A DNA stretch of 64,000 bases from Methyloligellaceae bacterium (GTDB taxonomy: Bacteria > Pseudomonadota > Alphaproteobacteria > Rhizobiales > CBDCYM01), in the NCBI GenBank assembly GCA_965224165.1, contig CBDCYM010000011.1, positions 3,622,464-3,686,463 on the forward strand. Direction: 5' to 3'. Both the position numbers and the translations under genes were made by a program. The notes under the pieces were generated by a model, which worked only from the letters and a program-made list of their open reading frames with translations, ran no database searches and had not been told where the DNA came from. Positions 55,297-64,000 of the stretch are shown one piece after another. How positions within the stretch are numbered: position 1 is the stretch's first letter; each line of letters opens with the position of its first letter.

Positions 55297-56640
55297 ATGC
55301 TCGGATTCTTGGGCCGCCTGATTCTGATTGTCCTTCTCTTTCTTCTAGCCTTGATTGTGATCAGCTTTGTCCTATCGTTCATAGCGACAGATAAGAAGAC
55401 ACCAAGTGCAACACCCTTCCCGATTCCCAATCAAATAGCCGCAATCATTGAGCTCATTGATATCACTGCACCGGAAAAGTACGAGCAAGTGCTTCGGGCG
55501 ATTCGCTCACCGGAATTAAGCGTGCATATAACAGACAAACGGCCTGAAGGTTTTTCAGATCTGGACCGGATGCCTGCCCTTGAATGGTTAATCGGACAAT
55601 ACCTAGAAACGCTCCAAGACCGTATGGTGCTTGCTATTCGGGAAGTACCACCGGATCTTGGAGTGTTAGGCAAGCTCTTCGATCGCATTGATGTGAAAAG
55701 CCAAACTCCGGTGAATATTGCAATAGAGCTAAAGCAAGGGGGATTTGCTATCTTGAAGATACACAAGGCCTCACGAAACCGCCTGTTTGGTCTACCGGTA
55801 GGCTTTTGGATCGGGGTATTCGGTTTTCTTTTCTCGGCGCTCGCACTTTGGGCCATAGCCCGCGAAGCAAAACCTTTACGCCAGCTCGCAGCTTCAATCG
55901 AAGGTTTTGGGTTAGACGGTGCGCCACGTCTCGTCGCACGCCGAGGTGCACCAGAAATCAAAAGATTGATCGAAGCAATAAATGCCATGCAAGAACGTAT
56001 TGCAGCACTCCTTAAGGGGCGAACAATTTTATTGGGTGCCGTCTCTCATGATCTAAAAACCTTCATTACGCGTTTAAGATTGCGAACTGAAGAAATACCA
56101 GACGCAAGCCAACGCGATAAGGCTGCAACTGATTTAGACGATATGACCCGGATAATTGATGATGCGATCGCAGTTGCTCGAGGCATCAACAACACAAACC
56201 TTCACGATGAGGTAGACCTTGCCCAGATTTTGCGTGATGACATCGCTAATCGTGACGATACGCGCATTCGCCTCGTCATAGGCCCCGGTTCACACATTGT
56301 TGTAGGTGATCGGCTCGACCTTCGCCGCCTTTTTGGTAATCTACTCGACAATGCTTTGCGCTACGGCAATAACAGTGTAGTCGAAATGTTAAGTAACCAA
56401 GGCCAACAGCACGTCACAATTGACGATGATGGTCCAGGGATTCCCGAAGGTGACCGGATTGCTGTCTTCGAGCCGTTTTTCCGTTTGGAGCAATCGCGCA
56501 ATCGTGCGACCGGAGGAAGTGGTCTCGGGCTTGCAATCGTAAAACAGATTGTCGAGGCGTATGGGGGTTGCGTTCAAATCGCAACCAGTCCGATAGGTGG
56601 CACGCGGGTTGAAGTCATACTACCAGCTAAGCAGGCTTAG
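55297..56640 (+). CDS. EnvZ-like sensor histidine kinase (2 TM, HAMP, HisKA, HATPase_c)
   Basis: H-box VSHDLKTFITRL, N-box GNLLDNALRYG, G-boxes DDGPGIP and GGSGLGLAIVK. The start is 1 nt after the RR stop. Confidence 0.9.
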   Translation: MLGFLGRLILIVLLFLLALIVISFVLSFIATDKKTPSATPFPIPNQIAAIIELIDITAPEKYEQVLRAIRSPELSVHITDKRPEGFSDLDRMPALEWLIGQYLETLQDRMVLAIREVPPDLGVLGKLFDRIDVKSQTPVNIAIELKQGGFAILKIHKASRNRLFGLPVGFWIGVFGFLFSALALWAIAREAKPLRQLAASIEGFGLDGAPRLVARRGAPEIKRLIEAINAMQERIAALLKGRTILLGAVSHDLKTFITRLRLRTEEIPDASQRDKAATDLDDMTRIIDDAIAVARGINNTNLHDEVDLAQILRDDIANRDDTRIRLVIGPGSHIVVGDRLDLRRLFGNLLDNALRYGNNSVVEMLSNQGQQHVTIDDDGPGIPEGDRIAVFEPFFRLEQSRNRATGGSGLGLAIVKQIVEAYGGCVQIATSPIGGTRVEVILPAKQA

Positions 56641-56691
56641 ACTTGTTCGTTTGTTCTCGATAGATCAAAAACTCATTTCAGGTAAACGATC

Positions 56692-57384
56692 TCAAATAAA
56701 GAGTAGCGGAATCATGATATGAGCCGCGCAATGGACAGTCACAACAAAAATTGGACTTATGTAAAATACTGCCAATCCCATGACAACGCCCGGTATCATG
56801 AAGCGGGTAATAAAATGTTGTGATATGAATGGCCCTGCGCCACTGCCAACCTCGTGCAATAGGGCAAAGCTCAGGGCCACAATAATAATTGTGATAAACA
56901 CAGACCAATGAAGTCCCAACCACTTGCGTAAGACGAAAAACAGGAATGGCGTCAGGGTCAGGCGAAATATCAGCTCTTCAACAAGGCCGGCAGCCATACC
57001 AAGTAGATACCCCGGCTTGGCGCTTTCTTCGGCTGGGATGAATGTCGGCATATGCGGTCCGGTTATGAGCCGCATGATGATAAGAACTAAGGCAACAACC
57101 AAAATTCCGGAAAGTATATGTTTTAAAGATGAAAAAAATGCTTGCGGTTGTAAAGGCTTAAGTGATCTCCACTTGAAGAAAAGCAAACTGAAAAAAATCA
57201 GGATTCCCCATATTGTTATGGCTTTGGGAAAAATCTTCAGAATAGGGTCGGCATATAACCAGTGCGCTTCAGTTGGTGTCGTGGTTAGAACCAATATCAG
57301 AGTGTAAAGCGCAAATGGAATCGTGACATAAACGCTTATGCATGTATCCTCAAGAAATCTGTTTACGTCCTCATACTTATTCAT
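56692..57384 (-). CDS. CPBP-family intramembrane glutamic endopeptidase (CAAX protease-like)
   Basis: EELIFR motif (GLVEELIFRLT) and FALLH motif, polytopic. Confidence 0.8.
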   Translation of the reverse strand: MNKYEDVNRFLEDTCISVYVTIPFALYTLILVLTTTPTEAHWLYADPILKIFPKAITIWGILIFFSLLFFKWRSLKPLQPQAFFSSLKHILSGILVVALVLIIMRLITGPHMPTFIPAEESAKPGYLLGMAAGLVEELIFRLTLTPFLFFVLRKWLGLHWSVFITIIIVALSFALLHEVGSGAGPFISQHFITRFMIPGVVMGLAVFYISPIFVVTVHCAAHIMIPLLFI

Positions 57385-57405
57385 GCTTAAGCTTTCAGTA
57401 TGATC

Positions 57406-57990
57406 CTAAGGTATCCGTTTGTTTCTTTCTTTTTTGATTTCAGAGAGGGTAATTGAGAGACCATAGATGGCAGGAATGAGAGGCAGGGCCGCCGTATACA
57501 TTCCCGATACATAGTGGAATGTGCCGTCTTTGATAAAAGGAAATACAAAGTGAGAAAGCTCGGCAATGATCATCGCTACATAGAAAAAACTCAAAAAGTA
57601 AAAGCCAATATGAGTTTTTTTGAGTAAGAGAATTGCGCCGGTCAACCATATGATGGGAGCACCGAACGCTGCTACAGACAAGAAGTCCCGCTCTAAGACA
57701 TGAAAGCCGCTGACATCAAATATGGCGACTTCAAAATCTGTTAGATACTCCTCATAGACGTGAACAACAAACAAGATGACTGTCCACAAATACGGAATGA
57801 TGACCTTCGTAGGGTCAATCGGTGTTCGATAGGTTGTGAAAATCCACAACAGGAATCCTCCTACCGATGCTACAGAAAACACGATTGCAGCCAAAGGGCC
57901 AAGACGCAACATTGCCACTCCAACCAATACAATGATGAAAGATAAAGCAATCAGGATAGAGAGGTATTTTCTATTTGCTGGTAATGTCAT
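57406..57990 (-). CDS. HXXEE-domain membrane protein
   Basis: HVYEEY motif in a polytopic 194-aa protein. Confidence 0.7.
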   Translation of the reverse strand: MTLPANRKYLSILIALSFIIVLVGVAMLRLGPLAAIVFSVASVGGFLLWIFTTYRTPIDPTKVIIPYLWTVILFVVHVYEEYLTDFEVAIFDVSGFHVLERDFLSVAAFGAPIIWLTGAILLLKKTHIGFYFLSFFYVAMIIAELSHFVFPFIKDGTFHYVSGMYTAALPLIPAIYGLSITLSEIKKERNKRIP

Positions 57991-58420
57991 ATTTCTGACT
58001 TCGTGATTTGGATTCCCTTAAGAATAAGCGGTTTCCTAGAGCGTCCCGTGTTTAGATTCCATCCACATTATACGACATAAAGAGCGAAGACTTGCCATTG
58101 GCAACGAGGTTAATCTTTCGTCGATTGCGAGCGAGCGAGGCAATCCAGAGATTCGAATTTTGTGCGCTTTTTCCGGATTGCAGCGTCGGCCTTTTAAGCC
58201 TCCTTGCAATTGACCAGAAATGTTGTTTCTGTTTCGCTCGCAAGCTCGATGTCATGTGATATGAATGGAAGCGCTTAGATGATCCGTCTTTTTGTTGTGC
58301 ATATCTTTTTTCGCAAAACAGGTGTCTACTTTTGAGAGATATGCTTTGGCATTCGAAAATGGCGACTTTCATTTTGAAAGCCGCCTGAATTTCGCAGAGT
58401 GAGGACAAACTTATAGGCCC

Positions 58421-58663
58421 TTAACAACCATGCAAGCGGAGACAACGGCGCCATCTCCAAGTTCCCCATCCCCAACGAACGGCACAGATGCGTCTCCAAC
58501 GAACGCAATAGCCATGATGTACTTTTTGTACCAATGTTTGATTCTTGGTAGACGTATCAAGCAGTTTAAGGTGAGGCAGGTTTGTCTTAGCGGACGCATT
58601 TTGATGTGCGAACACAAACAATACAAAACACATACTCGCAAGAAGAATGGCAAATTTGCGCAT
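58421..58663 (-). CDS. Small secreted Trp/Arg-rich 4-Cys peptide precursor (80 aa)
   Basis: GGAGAG Shine-Dalgarno upstream of the ATG at 58663. Signal peptide MRKFAILLASMCFVLFVFAHQNASA. The C-terminal GYCVRWRRICAVRWGWGTWRWRRCLRLHGC aligns without gaps to the tail of the 2713-3231 protein. Confidence 0.6.
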   Translation of the reverse strand: MRKFAILLASMCFVLFVFAHQNASAKTNLPHLKLLDTSTKNQTLVQKVHHGYCVRWRRICAVRWGWGTWRWRRCLRLHGC

Positions 58664-58777
58664 AAAACTCTCCAATAAATTATTAGGTCCACCGTAATCA
58701 CAAGACCGTGTGGGAGTAAAATTTGGTGACCATCTGCAGGCCACAAAACAGAGATTGTCGCCTGTAGTTTGCGCAAT

Positions 58778-58816
58778 TGTTACAAAATGTCTGGGAATTT
58801 GTAACAACTTGTAACA
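58778..58816. promoter_or_regulatory. TTGTAACA motif cluster: direct repeat TTGTAACAacTTGTAACA (58799-58816) plus an inverted copy (58778-58785)
   Basis: Located 115-153 bp upstream of the 58663 start. Same 10-bp phasing and same orientation relative to the downstream minus-strand gene as the site at 54513-54530. Confidence 0.45.
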
Positions 58817-59030
58817 GCCGTTCGGCGCTCACACCCAATGGCCGCCTTTTGACCTGATCGAAAGACCTGCAAAGTCTTCGGTGCATGAAGCGAATAGGTT
58901 TTCGGGACGTCTTGGTGCTTTTCCTGGATGGCAATCGCGTGGCTATAGTCAGTTCTGCAGCAAGTGCTGCTTCCCACCCAAAAAACGCACGGGCAGCTCT
59001 GACTGAACGGTTCGGAAACAAAGCAAATGA

Positions 59031-59580
59031 TAGCCTAACCTGAGTTATGGATAAGAGATGGGATCTGTTCTTTTTAATTTACAACCAATTCAAGAAAATA
59101 TGGTGAGAGGTTAACGCACTCACAAGCGGCAAACGCCGTCATTCCCGCGAAGGCGCATTAGTGTCCGGGGAATTTTTAGGTGAAGGTGAAAAGTGGTTGA
59201 TATAAAAAGACATAACGCTATCTCGGAGTATCGGGACTTGGTTCTGACGGTGCCACTTGCGCTCCTTCCCCCTTCGAGGGGGGAAGGCCAAACGCCACCG
59301 CCTTAGCTCACCAGAGCTAAGGCGCATGGCGTTTGGGATGGGGGTGATGGAGGCAAGTGCAAGAGCATGAATTATCTTATGAATCCCCCCCCACCGGCGC
59401 TTCGCGCCGACCTCCCCCTCCAGGGGGGAGGTTATTGGAGTATGCCGTTAAGGCTCCGCATACAACAAGTGGAGATGCATTTCCAAATTTTCCCGGACAG
59501 CAGTGCGCCTTCGCGGGAATGACTCCGAGTGTGTAGGGCCTCAAGAGGATGTAGCTTATCCATAACTCAGATTAGCCTCA
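59031..59580. repeat. ~550-bp composite palindromic element (nested inverted repeats and GC-rich hairpins)
   Basis: Outer arms ctgagttatggataag (59031-59055 region) / cttatccataactcag (59555-59578 region). Inner arms gtcattcccgcgaaggcgca (59138-59157) / tgcgccttcgcgggaatgac (59504-59523). Internal hairpins include ccttccccc-ttcga-gggggaagg, ccaaacgcc...ggcgtttgg and cctccccctccaggggggagg. Confidence 0.75.
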
Positions 59581-59737
59581 TATCGCTTGTACGGCCGTCT
59601 CAGGATTGCAGGGTTGCGCCAAGAGGTTCGGCCTCGAAAGAGAAATCTGCAAGTCCGCCAGCATATTCGGTGAAATTTTCATTGTGGGGATTTCTTAGAT
59701 CAACTCAATTTGACCCGACCTTGCTCCAGGGCCTGGC

Positions 59738-60643
59738 CTAATGGGAAACACACCACTTCGAGCCTTCCCTGCTCAGCAGATCAAAAACGGCTTTTACAGG
59801 TGGTGAAGGCTCGCTGTCACGGGCCATTGCTACGCCAAGCGTCCGTTGTAATGAAGGCTTTACGATCGGAACAGATACTAGTCGGCCACGGCGGATCTCC
59901 GCGGCAACTTCGCTGGAGGCGAAGATGGCTTGCGCCACTCCCGATTTAATAATTTCTTTGATAATGCTCCAAACCTGAGATTCATAAGTAAAATTTGGAG
60001 TTAAATTATGCTCCGCGAAGGCGGCCTCTATGACTTTACGAAGCCCATGCGGGTAAGGCGGAACAACTAGCGCCATTGCGGATACTTCTTTCAGGGTATA
60101 GCAGCTATTTTTTATTAGGGAACTATTTTGCGCTGAAACAATGAGTTCCAGATTTTCAGAGAGAATGGGTTTAAATCTGACGCGATCATCGACTTGGCTG
60201 GAATAGATGATACCAAGATCAGTATGACCGATAAGGAGCCATTCATGAATGTCACCGGTCCATCCTTCGGATAACTTCAAAGTCACGTGAGGTAACTCAC
60301 GTCCGCAGTTTTTTATTAGGGGCGCTGCAAAAATTTGCGATACGGATGGTGGAACGGCCAGACTGACATGACCGGCAGGACCCTGCCCCACATTGATGAC
60401 CTCCTGACGGGTTTCATCAATTGAACGCAATAGTAATATTGCCCGCGTCAGGAGAACTCTGCCGGCAGCTGTAGGTTCCGTACCTCGGACATGGCGATCG
60501 AGCAACCTGACACCAAGCTCAGATTCCAATATTCGCATATGGCGGCTGAGGGCCGATTGAGCCACGTTCAGGTGAGCAGCAGCACGGCTGAAACTCTTTA
60601 GCTTAGCCACATGGACAAAATAGTTAAGCTGCCTAAGGTCCAC
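59738..60643 (-). CDS. LysR-family transcriptional regulator
   Basis: N-terminal HTH LRQLNYFVHVAKLKSFSRAAAHLNVAQSALSRHMRILE. GTG start. Confidence 0.9.
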   Translation of the reverse strand: MDLRQLNYFVHVAKLKSFSRAAAHLNVAQSALSRHMRILESELGVRLLDRHVRGTEPTAAGRVLLTRAILLLRSIDETRQEVINVGQGPAGHVSLAVPPSVSQIFAAPLIKNCGRELPHVTLKLSEGWTGDIHEWLLIGHTDLGIIYSSQVDDRVRFKPILSENLELIVSAQNSSLIKNSCYTLKEVSAMALVVPPYPHGLRKVIEAAFAEHNLTPNFTYESQVWSIIKEIIKSGVAQAIFASSEVAAEIRRGRLVSVPIVKPSLQRTLGVAMARDSEPSPPVKAVFDLLSREGSKWCVSH

Positions 60644-60832
60644 GTGATCAACTCCTAGAATTACTCACCGCAGCATGTGCCAAAAAACAAAGCACAACAC
60701 GGATCCGATAATAACAATACCATCTCATTTTGAGATAGGAAACCTATCGAAACGGTATTTGTTATCGCCAGTAGTCACTTTTATAGTTTTGGCTAACAGG
60801 TTGTATGAGAGTGCCGTTTTTCGGAGGAGACG

Positions 60833-61531
60833 ATGCCCAATCGAATTATCGATCTTTCGGTAAAAATCACAAATAACATGCCCGCTCACAAATTCTTTAC
60901 ACGCCCCGTATTGATCCCGCACTTTACCCATGACGACTTTCGAAAAATGAATCTTGGAGTGCCTGGAGACCAATTGACAGGTGCAACAACTTTTATGGGC
61001 ATGATCGATCATGTTGGCACACATGTGGATTCTTTCTTTCACACGGGTGAGCAAGGAAAGACTATTGACGAAATGCCGCTTGAAATGTTCATGGGAAAAG
61101 CGGTCTGCCTTGACCTAACTCACATACCCGATCTGGGCGATATAGACGTTGCTGATCTGGAAGAGGCCGAACAAAAGGCCAACGTAAAAATCGATGGCCA
61201 TATTGTTCTCATCAATACTGGACTGCATAAGCGCCATTACCCGTCTGATAAGGTCATGTGGTCAAATTGCGGTATTACCGCCGAGGCGACCCATTGGCTG
61301 GCTGATCGTGGTTCGAAATTGCATGGTGTTGAGGGGCCTTCGACAGACAAACCAAGCAATAACGAATTCCCAAATCATCGGACCTGTCGCGATCGCGGAA
61401 TTTCACATTACGAATGGTTGGTAAATTTGGAAGAGCTTGTTGGGCGTGGTGAATTCCACTTCCAAGGATTTCCTTTGCATCTTGACCGCGGAACAGGATC
61501 ACCAGTCCGAGCTCTGGCATTCATCGACTAA
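60833..61531 (+). CDS. Cyclase-family protein (kynurenine formamidase-like metal hydrolase)
   Basis: The HVGTHVDSFFH motif (HxGTHxDxPxH-type) is characteristic of the putative cyclase/arylformamidase family. Confidence 0.75.
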   Translation: MPNRIIDLSVKITNNMPAHKFFTRPVLIPHFTHDDFRKMNLGVPGDQLTGATTFMGMIDHVGTHVDSFFHTGEQGKTIDEMPLEMFMGKAVCLDLTHIPDLGDIDVADLEEAEQKANVKIDGHIVLINTGLHKRHYPSDKVMWSNCGITAEATHWLADRGSKLHGVEGPSTDKPSNNEFPNHRTCRDRGISHYEWLVNLEELVGRGEFHFQGFPLHLDRGTGSPVRALAFID

Positions 61532-61552
61532 CAATAGCGTGGAGGTCTTATT

Positions 61553-62680
61553 GTGCATCCGTCGCTAACCAGTGCAAACTATGACAGACGGGCTAATGTC
61601 GACCCGCGGATCCCTCTATGGCTCTTTATTGGACCGACCAATAAAAGTAAGTCAGAGTTGATCAAGCATGTAACAAATGGCATCTCCACCTTCGGTAAAA
61701 CTTGCGCACTTGTCTTTACTAGGCGATCCTGTTGGGCTGAGGCCTGGCGTGGCGGCACGCTCATCTCCGACAACTTAGCACGGTCTGCGTCGGGCACGAT
61801 CTGCTGCTATGGCGGCGATATTGTCAATGCCTTCTATCAATTACATTTACGAAAGCTCGGACTTTTATCCCCTAAACTGGATTATGACACCGTTTTAATT
61901 GGACTTGATGATGAACTTAACACGGGCAGCTTTGTTACCCTGGTTCAGAACGATGAGCGGCTTGAAGTAACCTATTGCATCGCCAGAGTCATATGTACCA
62001 TTAATCCGTCACACTGCACCTTGGCAATGGATGAGACACTTTCTCGTTGCATCGGGGAAGCAGATACTCTGATCCTAACCAATAGAGAAGGTTGCAAAGA
62101 CAGTGATATCAGGGCGGCTCAGAGTATTCTAGCAACGGTCAATCCGCTTGCTGCGACCTTTCACGCTGACACCCCCTCCTTTTACAAGCGACCAGCTTGG
62201 AAGATCCCTTTGGGCGGGTTTAGTGAGACCGCCGGTCAAACTCTTGCATATGAAACAGGGATGGTGCGTGTCAAAGGGTCCAGCGAAAGGACAATCTGCT
62301 TTGTTGGGAATTTGTACAATGAGGCAGGAACAAATACGCCTGAGGATGCACACATAACACGTGCTATGCGAGTCAACATTCCTGGTGAGTTGGATATCAA
62401 GAATTTTTTTCAAGTGGTTGATCAACTAACCCGTACACTTGGAACGGCCCTGCTCAGACTATCCGTCCTTTTGAATATCAGCCATACGGATTATCCGATT
62501 TCATTTGAAATCATCGGCGGGAGCCTAATGCAACCAGCCTATGGTTCAAATCACCGACTTGACCACTCTGATATCTGCATCATCGCCAAAGGGCTCGATA
62601 CACAACAGACGCTTCGCGCATTTGAGCAATGTACCAGGATGGCGGCTGTAACGGATGCCTGCCTTGAAGCCGCAATATGA
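61553..62680 (+). CDS. Hypothetical protein with distant CobW/G3E-GTPase-like layout but degenerate P-loop
   Basis: LWLFIGPTNKSKSELIKHV sits where G3E proteins have GFLGAGKTTLL. GTICCYGGDIVNAF resembles the GCICC block. ADTLILTN resembles the ADxIxxNK block. GTG start. This is a weak call. Confidence 0.35.
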   Translation: MHPSLTSANYDRRANVDPRIPLWLFIGPTNKSKSELIKHVTNGISTFGKTCALVFTRRSCWAEAWRGGTLISDNLARSASGTICCYGGDIVNAFYQLHLRKLGLLSPKLDYDTVLIGLDDELNTGSFVTLVQNDERLEVTYCIARVICTINPSHCTLAMDETLSRCIGEADTLILTNREGCKDSDIRAAQSILATVNPLAATFHADTPSFYKRPAWKIPLGGFSETAGQTLAYETGMVRVKGSSERTICFVGNLYNEAGTNTPEDAHITRAMRVNIPGELDIKNFFQVVDQLTRTLGTALLRLSVLLNISHTDYPISFEIIGGSLMQPAYGSNHRLDHSDICIIAKGLDTQQTLRAFEQCTRMAAVTDACLEAAI

Positions 62681-62750
62681 GAGAGCGTCACAAACTTACA
62701 AATTGGCTTCAAGCAAATGGGACGAAACGACTGGAGAGAGGAGAGTAGAA

Positions 62751-63809
62751 ATGAAAATGAATACAATGCCTCGATTGCTTTTTAGCATCGCACTTGCTGT
62801 TGCAATGGGCATCACTGTGGTAACCACGACATATGCAGCGGACAAAGTGCGTTGGAAGATGGGAAGTTTCTTCCCGAGCAAACTCATTCAACTTGGATCG
62901 CTTGGTAAAAGTTTTGTCGGAAAAGTTGATCGGATGTCAGGCGGCTCAATCAAGATCCAATTCACAGAGCCCGGCGCGTTAATTCCTCCAAAGGAATGTT
63001 TCGATGCCGTTAGCGCCGGATCGGTTGATGCCTGCTGGTCGACACCTGGCTATTGGTATGGCCGTGATCCGGCCTTTGCTTTATTTGCCGCAGTTCCATT
63101 TGGTCCGAGTGCGGGTGAATATATGGGCTGGTACTACTATGGCGGTGGCAAGAAACTGTTCGAGGAACTTTATGCCGCACATGGAATCCACACTATTATG
63201 TGCGGTGTTATTGCGCCTGAAGGATCGGGTTGGTTCCGCAAGGAAATGAAAACACTCGATGATCTTAAGGGGCTTAAGATGCGTTTCTTTGGCCTTGGAG
63301 CAAAGGTCATGGAGAAGATTGGCGTGTCCACACAGCTCATTGCGGGCCCTGACATTTATCCTGCTCTTGAGCGTGGTACCATTGACGCAACGGAATTTTC
63401 CATGCCCGCAATTGATCTCGACTGGGGTTTCTATCAAGTCGCCAAACATGCTTACTTCCCCGGCTGGCACCAGCAGGCAACTTTTTTTGACGTTATGGTG
63501 AACAAGAAAAAATGGGATGCACTGACAGACCAGCAAAAGGCGATTATTGAAACAGCATGCGGTGATAATATGCGTGAAGGACTCGCCGAAGGTGAAGCAA
63601 TCCAGGGTAAGGCTTTAAAGACACTCAAAGAAAAGGGCGTACAAATCCATAAATGGTCGCCTGAAATCTTGAGCGCACTTAAGAAAGCATGGCTTGAAGT
63701 CGTCGAAGAGGATAAGGCCAAGAGCCCTAATTTTAAAAAGGCATGGGAGTCTTATTCGAAATTCCGCGAAGAATACAAAGTGTGGGCTGATCTCGGTTAT
63801 TTGAAGTAG
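62751..63809 (+). CDS. TRAP transporter substrate-binding protein (DctP family)
   Basis: GGAGAGAGGAGAG Shine-Dalgarno region before the ATG at 62751. Signal peptide ending YAADK. VRWKMGSFFP motif typical of DctP-type SBPs. Confidence 0.85.
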   Translation: MKMNTMPRLLFSIALAVAMGITVVTTTYAADKVRWKMGSFFPSKLIQLGSLGKSFVGKVDRMSGGSIKIQFTEPGALIPPKECFDAVSAGSVDACWSTPGYWYGRDPAFALFAAVPFGPSAGEYMGWYYYGGGKKLFEELYAAHGIHTIMCGVIAPEGSGWFRKEMKTLDDLKGLKMRFFGLGAKVMEKIGVSTQLIAGPDIYPALERGTIDATEFSMPAIDLDWGFYQVAKHAYFPGWHQQATFFDVMVNKKKWDALTDQQKAIIETACGDNMREGLAEGEAIQGKALKTLKEKGVQIHKWSPEILSALKKAWLEVVEEDKAKSPNFKKAWESYSKFREEYKVWADLGYLK

Positions 63810-63835
63810 ACTTAGCACTAATTAATGACGGCAAA

Positions 63836-63876
63836 ATTGCCTACCGGGCGCATCACTTAATTGCGCCCGGTAGCAA
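63836..63876 (+). terminator. Hairpin downstream of the TRAP SBP gene (attenuating terminator or inter-cistronic stem)
   Basis: ctaccgggcgca (63840-63851) pairs perfectly with tgcgcccggtag (63861-63872). A T-rich tract follows only after ~10 nt. Confidence 0.45.
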
Positions 63877-63915
63877 TTACTACCTTTTGTTTTCAAAAGA
63901 TTAGGCTTGTGCAAA

Positions 63916-64000
63916 ATGCTAATTCTATTTCGACTGAGTAATTTCCTTTCTCGTGTCGTGAGTGCTGTTGGTTCTGTTGCGGCATGGTTATGTTTGCCGC
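63916..64000 (+). CDS. TRAP transporter small permease (DctQ-like), 3'-truncated by window edge
   Basis: ATG at 63916 gives MLILFRLSNFLSRVVSAVGSVAAWLCLP, the typical N-terminus of DctQ-type subunits, located right after the DctP gene. Confidence 0.5.
   Translation, partial: MLILFRLSNFLSRVVSAVGSVAAWLCLP

Noticed and set aside
58052-59021. ORFs 58052-58408 (-), 58411-58776 (-), 58698-59021 (-), 58780-58977 (-), and a 52-codon plus-strand ORF at 58885-59043.
   Set aside because: They have no recognisable motifs, RBS or signal, overlap one another and repeat DNA, and have atypical composition. Only the short 58421-58663 reading, with its signal peptide and conserved Cys module, is supported.

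Overview
This is a chromosomal window from what looks like an alphaproteobacterium, probably Hyphomicrobiales/Rhizobiales-like. That placement is only inferred from gene content: ppk-ppx, rnd, aspS, prfC, an ECF sigma/anti-sigma pair, TRAP and ABC transporters, and many two-component proteins. I support about 50 protein-coding genes and see no rRNA, tRNA, CRISPR array, integrase, transposase or phage genes. All family calls come from motifs read by eye in the supplied translations; no BLAST or HMM search was possible.

Housekeeping backbone:
- ppk, ppx, a CbpA-like J-protein, rnd, aspS, prfC and an ABC-F ATPase.

Accessory or unusual content:
1. An atypical type I secretion locus (30007-39305). 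It has two divergent ABC subunits, an HlyD adaptor, an embedded DUF2336-like gene and a TolC-like gene, behind a ~400-bp AT-rich leader. One ABC subunit carries a ~290-aa acidic N-terminal extension and non-canonical Q-loop, signature and H-loop motifs. No RTX-type substrate is visible.
2. Two adjacent, very lysine-rich Sec-exported mosaic proteins (44609-49602). They share cysteine-bracketed ~100-aa modules and Cys/Lys-rich tails. One starts with an M23 peptidase and four beta/gamma-crystallin Greek-key motifs.
3. Two secreted hyper-cationic proteins 55 kb apart (2713-3231 and 58421-58663). They share a previously unrecognised C-terminal module, C-x6-C-x13-C-x5-C.
4. A 10-bp-phased TTGTAACA direct repeat next to an OmpR/EnvZ-like pair. 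It recurs upstream of one of those cationic peptide genes.
5. A family of TIR-bounded MITE-like elements with nested hairpin modules. There are 2 complete copies, 1 truncated copy and 2 solo ends, and one gene is bracketed by them.
6. A PilZ-histidine kinase/Hpt/receiver cluster, a pentapeptide-J-domain-TM-repeat protein and an HK-HerA-like-GNAT operon.

Items 1-3 are my best candidates for an undescribed system. None can be proven from sequence alone.
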